Assembly: GCA_001600695.1 (NCBI GenBank) | Contig: BCKQ01000002.1 | Coordinates: 360,890 to 424,889, forward strand | Origin: Ascoidea asiatica JCM 7603 | Taxonomy: Eukaryota > Fungi > Ascomycota | Length of the DNA stretch: 64,000 nt | Direction: 5' to 3' | Shown: one piece after another, positions 12,477 through 23,519 of the stretch | Layout of the letters: the number at the start of each line of letters is the position of its first letter | Position numbering within the stretch: the first letter of the stretch is position 1 | Program-made: the position numbers and the translations under genes | Notes under the pieces: model-generated | Database searches by the model: none | Seen by the model: only the letters and a program-made list of their open reading frames with translations | Told to the model about the DNA's origin: nothing

Positions 12477-14409
12477 TCCTAATTTGCAGAACCATCTTTT
12501 GGGGGAACTACCTGAAGACTATTTATAGTTTAGTGTGCCAATAGCTATTCTTAAGTGCAAACCCATACGGAGAAGCGCAACAACTTTATGTAAAATGAAC
12601 AGTTTTTATTTTTAGAATTCTGGGGTGAGATGAAAAGTCTTTATCAACTTTGTAACAAACAGACGAACAAACAGACGAAGGTTTGACGAACACTAAAAAA
12701 CGCGAAAATTAAAATTAAGCAAAAAAACGCGCCCACAGTCTGAGAACCGGTAACAAGTCCGATACCCCCTTTCAAATTGATTGAAAAAAGACCTTGAAAA
12801 TATATTGAAAAAAAGTGGACTGTACCCACTACTAGTAGTACTAACCACAGGGCCCCTGGCATTACTGAAAACGGGGCTCTATGTCAAAAGCAATTTATCA
12901 CTTGCAGCACTGAAATTTCATATTTCTTTTTAAACACAAGGCTGAACAATAATAGAACAATACCTAAAACACTAAGACTTATGATATCTAGTTGTAGTTT
13001 CAAAATAGTTTGACTATAATAATATAAGACTGAAAGGAAGTTCTAATGGTGATTCTGTACATGTAATTCTTATGTAACTATTTTAGCGGGGCCTTTGTAT
13101 TGGATGCGGTGTCTAGCTTTAAATACCTAAAGCCCCGACGCTTCTTAAGTGTCTGGACTCCTGTTCCGGGGTCTATATTGCGCTAAAAAGTGGCGAAGCA
13201 AATATAAATTGCGCAATGTTGCTGACGTGTAATGTCAAAAGAGTCCTCTATGCGCGTTGGTGCCTTGAGCTCTCCCGTGCCAGAGTGACGGAGAGCTGTT
13301 CAGCACGCACCAACGACATTCTAGGAATAGAAATGCACACATAAGAAGGGTTTTGCACGCGGTGCTGAAAACGATATTGCAAGCGTTTGCTCAGCAAGTT
13401 AGTTAACTTCTCGTGAGAACTGCTCCTGAGAGCTCGCGAGAATTTGTCACAGATTTCAGAAGCCAGATTTCACAAGCATTATTTCTTACATTAAAGAATT
13501 CTTCACAAATATCAAAATACGTAATAAATCAATAATCTCTAAACTATCAACAATCCAATAAAATTACAAATCAGAAATATAAATAAGAATACCAGTGTCA
13601 ATATATTAATATTTTTATCAAAATATATAACTAAATCAACATTCAATTCAAATTAAAACAAAAGTCAAACAAAATTAAAACTACTTTCAAAAACTTGAAC
13701 AGTTCTCATATTTCAATTTGTATAAAAGATAATTTCTTAATCAGTTAGACCTAAATATTTTATTCAATTAATCTTACTTAAAAGAATATACAATATTGTT
13801 ATTAATATTTTAACTACTTAATCATATTTTTATTTAATAATAAATTTCAATAGCCAGTTATCTTTCAAAAGTCAAACTCATCATCTGAGGATTGTATTGA
13901 GTATATTTTACTATTTAATCTATATCTAATTAACTTATTTAATTTCTTTTTCTTAACTTCTATTTCATTTCAAATTATCTATTTTTTTCTATTTTTACTT
14001 CATTATTTACTAAATTTATTTACCTTTTCTCCTTTTTTATTTTTGTTGGCTTATTACTTAAGTTAAAATTTCCTTTAAATTCAAATTTTACTTTATCCGA
14101 ATTTAAATTTATATTTAATAACTATTCCTTTTACATCAATTTTTATTTCTTATTTTACTTTTATCTTTATCAAAAAAATATAATCACAAATTATATAATA
14201 TAACTTTTGGTAATAATATCAATACAATCTCTCTTATTCCCTTTCATTAAAGTTAATTAAGTTCTCTTTTAAGTGTTTTAAACTTTACAAATATTCTTTA
14301 AATCAATAATCAGCAATCAATAATCATTCGATATATATTTAAATCAAATTAAAAAAAAAAGAGAATAAATTTTTAAGTAATAAATAAAATTTAAAATAAT
14401 CATATAAAA

Positions 14410-16092
14410 ATGGGTCCACCTCCTCGACCAATGTCAAGAAATCCTTTCGCTGATGCTTTATATTCTCAATCAAACTCTTCCACTTCAACTCCTTCTCGTA
14501 ACCGTTCTCATTCTTATAGTTCTTCTGAAGGTAGTCTCTCTTCTATTGAAAATGTCTTCGATCATCCTCGTCAAAGTGAAAAAAATTATTCAAGAAACGA
14601 TAAAAATCAAAGAAATGATAGAAATCAAAGATACCAAAGAAATGAACCAAATGATAGAAATATTAGAAATGATACAACTCAAAGATCTAATAAATATGAT
14701 CCACCACCTCCTTATTCAGATAAGAAACTGTCTTCTAATCTTCAAAAAAGTATTCAAAGGCCTATTGATTCAAAATCTTCTTCAAGATATAATAATACAA
14801 GAGATCTCTTTCCTCCTTCACCTGTAAGACAACATAGATCGAATAGTGATTCTAGATTATCCCCAAAAGATAAATATAATTCCTCTTCTTCGAGACAAAG
14901 GCGTGAAAAAGAGTATTCTCGAAGATATTCTAATGAATCTGATGATGATTATTCATCCGATGATGATTCTAGAAAAATAAAATCTCGTGGGTATGATAGT
15001 TCTGATTCTTCACATACAAATTCAAGACATAATTCCTCTACCTCACATCGTCCTACTCGTCATCATCATCATTCTTCTTCATCAAGAAATCAAAAAGATT
15101 ATAATAGTGATTCTTCTTCAGTTGATTATGATCGTCGTCGTTATGAACGTGAAAGATTAAAAGAAAGGGAACGTCGTCGTCGTCATGAAGAAAATTCATC
15201 CGGAGTTTCCGGTAGAGAAAAATCTTCTTCACGCCCTGTACGTTCTCATCACCATCATCATCATCGTAGTGATGATAATGATTCTTCAAGAGGTTATAAA
15301 CTGTCTAAATCAAGATCTGCAAATGATACAAATCCTTTATATTCATCTAGAAATGGTAAATCAAGAACTGATTCCCATTCCCATTCCCATTCGAATTCAA
15401 ATCCTCAATCAAAATCAAGATCTAAATCTTCTAGTTCAAAATCAAAATCAAAATCAAAAAAAAACGCAGGCGTTGATACAATTGATCGTTTAGATGTTTC
15501 TGGTCTATTTGGTGCAAAATTTCATCATGATGGTCCCTTCGATGCTTGTACTCCTCATCGTAATAAAAATGCAAAAGCTGCTCCGGTAGATGCTTTCCCT
15601 GTTGATGGACCAAATTCAACTATAAAAGGTTTAGGTCCAAATAATACTAAAGAACAAGCAATTGATATAGTAATGGGAAATGGAAATATCGATGATGATG
15701 ATCATTCTTTATTTGCTCGTTCCCTTCCATTATCACCAAAACAAAAAAGTGCAGCTTTGAAATTCAATGGATCAGTAACACAATTTGATGCCAAACAAAC
15801 TGCTACTCCTATTCATGGTGATTTAACTATGGGATTAGGCTCAACAACATTTCTAGATGGGGCTCCTGCAACTCAGAAAGCTGCTGAAGAAAATCTTATA
15901 AACAATTCCTCTTCACTTGGCAGAACAAAAACATTATCAAGAAAACTAATTCGTAATAATCAGCCTACTCAGCAACAATACAATAGATCTTTACAAAATG
16001 CTAACCCTGACTATTTTGATAAACCTGCTGAATATGAACAAAAATCTTCTCTACTTAATAGAGTCAAAAGTCTTAAGGTTAATCGTCGTTAA
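14410..16092 (+). CDS. PAL1: Pal1-family cell morphology/endocytosis protein
   Basis: N-terminal NPF, PPPPY, DTIDRLDVSGLFG.KFHHDGPFDACTPHRN, GLGSTTFLDGAPA and C-terminal LLNRVKSLKV. Confidence 0.92.
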   Translation: MGPPPRPMSRNPFADALYSQSNSSTSTPSRNRSHSYSSSEGSLSSIENVFDHPRQSEKNYSRNDKNQRNDRNQRYQRNEPNDRNIRNDTTQRSNKYDPPPPYSDKKLSSNLQKSIQRPIDSKSSSRYNNTRDLFPPSPVRQHRSNSDSRLSPKDKYNSSSSRQRREKEYSRRYSNESDDDYSSDDDSRKIKSRGYDSSDSSHTNSRHNSSTSHRPTRHHHHSSSSRNQKDYNSDSSSVDYDRRRYERERLKERERRRRHEENSSGVSGREKSSSRPVRSHHHHHHRSDDNDSSRGYKLSKSRSANDTNPLYSSRNGKSRTDSHSHSHSNSNPQSKSRSKSSSSKSKSKSKKNAGVDTIDRLDVSGLFGAKFHHDGPFDACTPHRNKNAKAAPVDAFPVDGPNSTIKGLGPNNTKEQAIDIVMGNGNIDDDDHSLFARSLPLSPKQKSAALKFNGSVTQFDAKQTATPIHGDLTMGLGSTTFLDGAPATQKAAEENLINNSSSLGRTKTLSRKLIRNNQPTQQQYNRSLQNANPDYFDKPAEYEQKSSLLNRVKSLKVNRR

Positions 16093-16509
16093 AACATTAA
16101 ATTATTTTCAATACTTTTATTAATATTACACTTTCAATTTTAAATGCATTTCTGTTCTATAAAAATACAATTAGCCAATCCAAGTCAATTTGCTTCATAT
16201 AATTGTTGATTAAATTCAATAGGATAATAATTATTTAATCTTTTTGTATGCTTTTGACAAATACCAACTCTTACATGTTTGCATGTCTAACTCATAGCTT
16301 ATTCCAGCTTATGGCCTGAATATAACTTAAGATTAAATATCTTAATTTATTATTTACTTTTTACTCCCTTTAGTGCCTTTTTATCAAAAACGTTTCTTAA
16401 TTTGTTTTTATTGTTTGTTATTTTGTTTTTATCAAATATATATATATATGTTTATGTATAATATATTCTAAATGATCAAAGTTTTGTAGTATAAATTCTG
16501 AATTTCTAT

Positions 16510-19032
16510 TTATTTAAACAGTACATTGTTTTCTATGAAGTTTTCTTCATCAAACATAAGATCTTTCGACTGTTCTTTGTGTTGAAATCCTTCACGAGCT
16601 TTAACATTATAATTTAAATCATCCTCATCTTGACTTGAAAATGAGAAATTGTTTAAATTTCTATTCACATGTAAAAGAACAAGAGTTATAATAACAGATA
16701 TTGCAAAAACCTTGTCAAATAAATTATCTAACAGAACAACATTTAATGGAACCTTGAAGATTTTTGTTATTGAATTAGATAATGACCGTGGTAGATTAGA
16801 TCGAATCATTAATGAAGTAGCTAATATGTAAATTCCTGTTAATTCAGATATTAGAAGATTTTTTGCATCAGACAAAAAAGATTCATTATAATCAGTAGAT
16901 TTCATTAAATTAGTTAAAGAGTTGGGTGAGGCTATTCCACTATTATCTAAAAAAGAATATTTTTCCTTTAAAGTAAATTCATTTGATGAGGAAGAATCTT
17001 CTATATCAATTTGAATTGGAATTAATTTCTTTATATTACTGAATGTAGCCAATACACTTGAAAAGGAGCAACAGAAAAGACCACCTGCTAATAAAAATCC
17101 AATTTGATTAGATAAAAAGACTTCATCAACATTTTTTAATCTAAAAATGGAGATAATTAATTTTGAAACTGTAACTGCTAAAGCGTCCTGCACGATTTGC
17201 TCATTTTCATTATTAGGTATATTATTATCATTATTATTTGGGTTATTACTTAGGTTATTATGTAAAGTATCTGAAGTATAATAGTTTTTATAAATCAAAG
17301 AAGGTAATTTAATGAAAAAAGTATTTGTTAATTTATATATACAATAAATTGAAAATAATTTTTTACCTATAGAAATTGATTTTCCTAAAAGAGTTTTTTC
17401 AAATTGAATTTCATTAATTTTTTCTTCAGTTTTAATTATATCACTATAGAAAGATGTTTTAAGATGATATAATGAGTTTATTTCATTTTTTAATTCATTT
17501 ATCAACACTGAATTCATTTTATTATTTGTGTTGAAATCACTACTTGATTTGAAAATTGATAGAAATTTATTTGTAAGGTTTTTTTCTGGCATAATATTGT
17601 TATTATTATCATTTTGTGAAGATATATCCTTACCTTTTATATAATTATTTGAAATTAAATCATTTTGAAATTTTATTTTTGATTTCGATTTTCTATAGTG
17701 GTGATTTGATTTAGGTGGTGGAGAGGAAGCTAAATTTGTTGAAATTGAATTTGACTGTGTACGATTATGAGTGAAATTAGTATAATTTATGTTATTATTG
17801 ATATTAGTTTTTGGATTATTATTAATATTGTCTATTTTTATTAAATTTTTTAGTTGAATATTTCTTTGTGAAATGATTGAGTTTGTATTTTTATAAATTT
17901 CTATCAATTTTTTCAAATTCAAATCAAGATTTGCAATTTGATTAGATACACCATTTGATTTTAAGAAAAAATAATTATTTATAAATAAATAATATGGAGT
18001 TGAAATTGAACCAATACCAGATAATGAAGCCATACAAGAAATTCCAAAAATTGAAAGTCTTGATAAATATGCTATGAATAAGTTATTCGAAAAAAATCTA
18101 TTAGTAGATGAATTATTAATACTATTTATATCAATATTTTTGGTGATTATAGAGGGTGGATTCAATATAACTTTTGACCTATTTATTTTTGTCTTTTCAG
18201 ATAGCATATTATTTTGATTGATTATATTTTTAATTGAAATATCTGAAAACCCTAAATAATTCAATTTATTTAAAAAAAAAATCCAAACTAAAAAAGTTAA
18301 AAAAGATAAACCCAATTTTAATTTCAAGTTAAACTTAAAAGATTTCGAAATATTTGATTTCTTTTCTTGATCCAAATTCAATTCTTGATCAATTGAATTA
18401 TTTGTTTTAAAATACTTGAAATAACTTAAATTGGAATCATAATTTAAATCTAAATTTGAGATTGAATTTGAATCTATATTATGATTTATTAAAGAGTTTA
18501 TAAAAATGAATATGATTGAAAAAGGTAATAAAATAACTAAATTTATTATTAAGAGATATAAATTTAAGTCTAAAATTAAAATTTTTGGAGCATTATTAAA
18601 ATAATTGGAAATTTCAGATAATACAATAAATATAACTAGAATTGAAGATGATAATGTTAAACTGAATAAGAATTTTAAAAGCTTTCTAAAATTGGTTGTA
18701 GTAAATAAATTAGTGAAATTTAAGTCATTTATATTATTAAAGCTAGTAAAATCTGTGAATTGACTTAAATTTGTTCTATTTATATTTCTCAAATTATTGA
18801 TGTTTGGAAATTTCATAAAATTAAGACTGGAAGCTAAGTTTGAATTTGATTTTTCTGATAAATTTAAATCATTATTTAAAGAAATTGGGGAGGAAGTTTT
18901 GAATATTTTGGGTATTATTTTATACAAAAAGTTATAGGACCATAAAAAAGTAAATAAAAAAATTGAAAAGAAAAACGAAGTATGAAAAAATGCAGAAGTG
19001 AAAGAAGTTGAATTAGATGAACTTGAGGACAT
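16510..19032 (-). CDS. GPR89/GPHR (ABA-GPCR-like) multipass membrane protein, YHR078W-like
   Basis: Multiple TM segments; GISCMASLSGIGSISTPY, FSIYCIYK, ISELTGIYILATSLMIRSNLP and LFDKVF motifs; Asn-rich loops. Confidence 0.85.
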   Translation of the reverse strand: MSSSSSNSTSFTSAFFHTSFFFSIFLFTFLWSYNFLYKIIPKIFKTSSPISLNNDLNLSEKSNSNLASSLNFMKFPNINNLRNINRTNLSQFTDFTSFNNINDLNFTNLFTTTNFRKLLKFLFSLTLSSSILVIFIVLSEISNYFNNAPKILILDLNLYLLIINLVILLPFSIIFIFINSLINHNIDSNSISNLDLNYDSNLSYFKYFKTNNSIDQELNLDQEKKSNISKSFKFNLKLKLGLSFLTFLVWIFFLNKLNYLGFSDISIKNIINQNNMLSEKTKINRSKVILNPPSIITKNIDINSINNSSTNRFFSNNLFIAYLSRLSIFGISCMASLSGIGSISTPYYLFINNYFFLKSNGVSNQIANLDLNLKKLIEIYKNTNSIISQRNIQLKNLIKIDNINNNPKTNINNNINYTNFTHNRTQSNSISTNLASSPPPKSNHHYRKSKSKIKFQNDLISNNYIKGKDISSQNDNNNNIMPEKNLTNKFLSIFKSSSDFNTNNKMNSVLINELKNEINSLYHLKTSFYSDIIKTEEKINEIQFEKTLLGKSISIGKKLFSIYCIYKLTNTFFIKLPSLIYKNYYTSDTLHNNLSNNPNNNDNNIPNNENEQIVQDALAVTVSKLIISIFRLKNVDEVFLSNQIGFLLAGGLFCCSFSSVLATFSNIKKLIPIQIDIEDSSSSNEFTLKEKYSFLDNSGIASPNSLTNLMKSTDYNESFLSDAKNLLISELTGIYILATSLMIRSNLPRSLSNSITKIFKVPLNVVLLDNLFDKVFAISVIITLVLLHVNRNLNNFSFSSQDEDDLNYNVKAREGFQHKEQSKDLMFDEENFIENNVLFK

Positions 19033-19858
19033 TACAAAATACTACAATATTATTTTTTTGGGTATAGTGAAAAAGCTTGTACTTGTATCTTTACATGACA
19101 ATGACCAATTACCATTATCTTGACCTAAACAGAAGGGATTCAAATATAAATAAGAATCGACAATTTACTCAAAGAGTTTTAATGTATTTTCTTCAAAACT
19201 TGGTAAGGTTCCACTACTGTTCTTTTCCTAATTCGAATATTAAATAGACCTTCTTTTCATTTATCTGGCATCTGGCGTGGCCGTAACAAAAAACAATGGA
19301 GCACTTTAGCACGCACTCATCGGCAACTACTAAAATCCCGGTCAGAGACCACTTCTGCGGAACTCATTTTTCAATCAAATAAAACCCAGCGTTTAAGTAA
19401 ATGGAGTAAAAGGAATTGAAACAATTGAAAGGCAATTGCATTCAGTAAAGTTACGATAATCAGAAAGAATGTTTTAGATTGAGGAGGAGCTACTACAGAA
19501 AAAATAGGAAAATCAAGGAGACACATGTATCTACAAATGTATATTATAAATTATATAATCCATCCAGAGCTGGAATTTCATCCAACACTGTCTGACCAGT
19601 CCAGTAATATCAGTACAGGGAGAATACGACAACAGAAGCTAATGTCAACAAAAACCAAATAAAATAAATGAAATGAATAAATAAGTAATGACTGAAAGAC
19701 GAATTATCTGAAAAAAAAAATTAACACATAAGACAAATAAAACACAAAAACACAAAAACGCAAACAGGAAAAACAAAATCAAGGAAAATAAAAATCTGTA
19801 AGAAATGAACCTCATTATCCAGTTTTCTTTTTATTTTTTTAGGTTATTCACTTTTTAT

Positions 19859-20200
19859 TCATAACTCTACATGAGCCTCGGCTGAAGGAGTAGCAGCTGA
19901 AATTATAGAAGATTCTGAAACTTTAGTTACTTTTGATTCAATTGAAGATACAAGAGATGATACAGGCGAAGAAGCTGATGAAGAAATGCTTGATACTAAT
20001 GATTTAGAAGTTGGAATTGCAGTTACTTTAATTGATTCAATAGATTTTCCAGCTTTATTTGTTTTCTTGAATACAGAATTTGCCCAGTTTTTAACATTGT
20101 TAACAACTTTATTACCTTTTTTAGTAGTAACTGGTTTTGCTTTTGATTCAACAACAGCAGACACCGGTACTAATAAAAGTAAAAAATATTGATATTTCAT
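19859..20200 (-). CDS. Small secretory-pathway protein (113 aa) with Ser-rich tail and C-terminal HVEL
   Basis: Signal-peptide-like MKYQYFLLLLVPVSA, good start context (CAAAATG), host-like codon usage, TATA-like sequence about 145 nt upstream. Confidence 0.75.
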   Translation of the reverse strand: MKYQYFLLLLVPVSAVVESKAKPVTTKKGNKVVNNVKNWANSVFKKTNKAGKSIESIKVTAIPTSKSLVSSISSSASSPVSSLVSSIESKVTKVSESSIISAATPSAEAHVEL

Positions 20201-21417
20201 TTTGAATTATAATTGATTATTATATTAATGATTGTAAGAATTGATAAATATTTTGATTAGTATTTTAAAATTATATGATTGTAATGAATCAAAGTTTTCT
20301 AAATTGGAATTAAAATCAAAATTGAAGGGAATAATTTTACTTTATATATGAATTGAAAAAAAATAACTGGAGAATAGGGGATTGATAAAGTTATGTAAAT
20401 GAAAGGTTCCTTTTAATTTTTCAAAAACTACTTGTAAGAATAATTGAACGAAAAAACGTTAGAGTATGAAAATATTATTGAATATTATTTATTATTTATT
20501 ATATTATTTATTATTTGAACGTGAAACTTAAGAATTTTACATTACCCTTTCTTGATATTAAGTATCATAGAAATATTCTTGACAAACTAGACCATATTAA
20601 ATGAAACTACTCGAATGATTGAAATAAATTAGTGGAGAATTTATTAGTAGTTCAGGCAAAAATCTTATTACTAAGTATTGTATTGATATTGAGTATCATA
20701 ATTTACTTGTAGCTAGAGAAACTATTGTACAACACTCTGTCAACATTATTTTACAAAAATCTATTGAAGGAAAAAGTGAAACTAGTTTGCAGTAAGAGAA
20801 TTCGAAGAATGAAATTGTTGGATTTTTGAATTATTCCATTAAGTATTTATAAAAATTACTTAATGATTGGAAAGAATGGAAATTCTGGATAATAAAAAAA
20901 TTACCCAGCAAAAAAATAATCAAATCAATCAAAGATAAGAATCAGCTTACGTGATTTGATCTATTTTTTTTACAGTGTAGATAATAATAATAATAATATT
21001 ATTATTATTAGAAAAGTAATATATATTAGAGAAAGTATTGATTTGATTAGTTTTACTTGATATGGGCTATTTTCAAATTAGACTTAAACTTATAATCACC
21101 GTGTAATCTTTAGTCAATCAGAGTTAAAAAAACAAAAATAATCAGAGTTAATTGGTGAAAAATATAAATTTAGTTAAAAATATTAGAATTTTGAGCCAAT
21201 TTTTAAACAAATCTTCAAACCCAATAGAATTGAATATGAAAAAAGAGGAGTTTTATTTTTCAAAAGCAAAAAGAAAATTATAGATACTACAATTTAATAG
21301 TGTTAATAATCAAAAATAAGTGTTGATTTGTATATTTAATAATGGATATATTATAAGATATTTACATGAAAATTCAGGGATTTATTGAATTTAGTAGATT
21401 TAATAGATTTGATAGAT

Positions 21418-21588
21418 TTATTGAGGAACTAATAAAGTAGCCAATTCTGATTGTAGAAATGCAACACCAATTGCAAAGAAACTAACATTTAATACAACAG
21501 GATAAGCATAGGATTCTTTAAATCTTTGAAAAGCAGAAGAAGGTGCTTGTTGAGCAGCAACAGGAGTTGCACCATAAATAGCATCCAT
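21418..21588 (-). CDS. TOM6: TOM complex small subunit Tom6 (56 aa; below the ORF-track cutoff)
   Basis: Manual translation MDAIYGATPVAAQQAPSSAFQRFKESYAYPVVLNVSFFAIGVAFLQSELATLLVPQ matches the Tom6 pattern FQ.FKES..Y...LN..FF..GVAF.QS......PQ. Confidence 0.93.
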   Translation of the reverse strand: MDAIYGATPVAAQQAPSSAFQRFKESYAYPVVLNVSFFAIGVAFLQSELATLLVPQ

Positions 21589-21826
21589 TTTTTCTAATAA
21601 AGATTAATATATTTCTTTCTTTCCTTCTATTCTTTATATTGTTTTCAAACCAAAAAAAGAAAATTTTAGATGAAAAATATATATAAGATGATGATTTTGA
21701 GATTTAAATTTATCTTAATTTTAATATCAAAATGATGATTTTCATTCAAATTTTATTGATTTTAAGAAAAAAATGGGGTTTTTTTTTAAAGAGGGTAAAA
21801 GTTTAGGAATAAAAAACAGAGAATAT

Positions 21827-21836
21827 ATCACGTGAT
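21827..21836. promoter_or_regulatory. Palindromic Cbf1-type E-box upstream of TOM6
   Basis: ATCACGTGAT about 240 nt upstream of the TOM6 ATG. Confidence 0.55.
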
Positions 21837-22982
21837 ACAAAGAAATTAAAAGTGAGTCCAATAATTTGGAACTTCTAAGCCTTGCAGCAGTGGCTAGTTA
21901 AATAAACCGTCAAGCATATTATGTATCCGCAGTACACGGAAATCAAGGTCAATTAAAAATCTGTCAATCAATATTCAAATGAATAAATTATTCTTTACTT
22001 TACATGGTAACGCTACGTAATTTTGTCAATAAGTAGCAATCGAAATAAAATAATAGCAATCTAATTGCAAAATACAAAGTTTAGATAATATATTATAGTA
22101 AAGTTAATAATGTATATTGAGTTATAGCAATGTTTATATAGTGAAATTATTGAAGCAAGATTTCTTAATGATAAGTTTAGCAATGTAAAAACCTTTGAAG
22201 AGGTGAAAAGAAAATAAAAAAAGTTTCTGAGAAAAAATAGATAAAATGTTAGTAACTTTAAAGTCTAGTTGAGATAAGTTTATTGAGATTGAAAACAAAG
22301 ATAAGATAAGAAAATATAAAATAAGATAAGTTGAGTAATGTATAAAACATAATTTTTAAATCAGAATAATTTTAAATAACCTTTTCTATCAATTTATGTT
22401 GCAGATAATGTGGATAAGATATTTTTAATCATCATTTAGGTATTTTATTTTATTTCTCCAATTTAATTTTGATCTCTGTAAAGTGATTTAACTAAAAATA
22501 CATACATTTATGATTAATAATTTGTAATTAATAATTAATAATAAATAAATCATATAAAATAATATATGATAAGGAATTGAACAAATAAATAAGTTAAAAG
22601 ATAAAAATAAAAAGTAGTGAAATGAGATGTTGATGAAATGAAGTAAAGCAAAGATACAAGAAATGAATGGAAATAGTTGAAAAAAAAAAAAAAAAAAAAA
22701 AGAAAGCAGAAATAAATAAATGGGATCGGAATAATAGTTATGGTTTTTGTTTGAATTAAATTAAGTGAAATAATCTTTATTGAAAACAAATAAATAAATA
22801 GTGACATTGAATCAATTTATAATAATATAACTTGAATTGATTGACTTGTTTGAAATGGAATAAATTCATCAATGTGGGATATGAATGGATAAATTATTAG
22901 GGCATTGATTTTTTTTATTTTTTTCATTTTTTTCATGTTTTGTGAATAAAATCTTGCTGAGACCAGTTTAATGGATCTTGTA

Positions 22983-23519
22983 TTAAATATAATCTTGTAA
23001 TCTTGATAAAATTCTTTTTATGAGAAATTTATAAGAAGAATATTTGAATTTGATATAAAAATCTAAATTTTTTTTAGATTTGATTAAATAATTATTGATA
23101 TTATTTTTAAAATTATTGATTATTCCAATTAAGAAATCCATTGAAATGAATAAAATTATAGTTGATAAGATTATTATTGAAGAATATCTTGTAATTAATA
23201 AGAATATATTAATTATAAAATTAAATAAATAATTTATTTGTAATATGAGAATTTGAAATTTTATTTGAAATTTTAATTGGTTAATTAAAAGTTTTATAAA
23301 AAATTTTATAATTGATGTGAATGATGAATAATCTATCGAATCATATGATATAAGAATATTATTAATATTAAAATAATGATTTATTAAATTTAAAACTGTT
23401 AATAAAAAAGAAGATAAATATGGTAAAATATGATATTTGAAATCTTTGATATAATTTATATGTTGATAATATTGATAATCATTTGAATTATCTTTTATAA
23501 AATCCATTAAAGAGTCCAT
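22983..23519 (-). CDS. Hypothetical membrane protein (178 aa from the first ATG), possible Irc23/Bsc2 ortholog
   Basis: Open ORF with hydrophobic segments. First ATG is at 23519 (the track start is TTG). Lies upstream of TOM6 on the same strand. Confidence 0.55.
   Translation of the reverse strand: MDSLMDFIKDNSNDYQYYQHINYIKDFKYHILPYLSSFLLTVLNLINHYFNINNILISYDSIDYSSFTSIIKFFIKLLINQLKFQIKFQILILQINYLFNFIINIFLLITRYSSIIILSTIILFISMDFLIGIINNFKNNINNYLIKSKKNLDFYIKFKYSSYKFLIKRILSRLQDYI

Noticed and set aside
12860-12885. ACGGGGCTC resembling the RNase MRP 3' conserved region
   Set aside because: No matching GAAAGTCCCC 5' partner found upstream.
20985-21010. 26-bp perfect AT palindrome
   Set aside because: Head-to-head (TAA)n/(TTA)n microsatellite, expected in this genome.
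21827-22600. CDEI-like TCACGTGA next to AT-rich DNA as a point centromere
   Set aside because: No CDEIII-like element at the expected spacing; the E-boxes sit in ordinary promoters.
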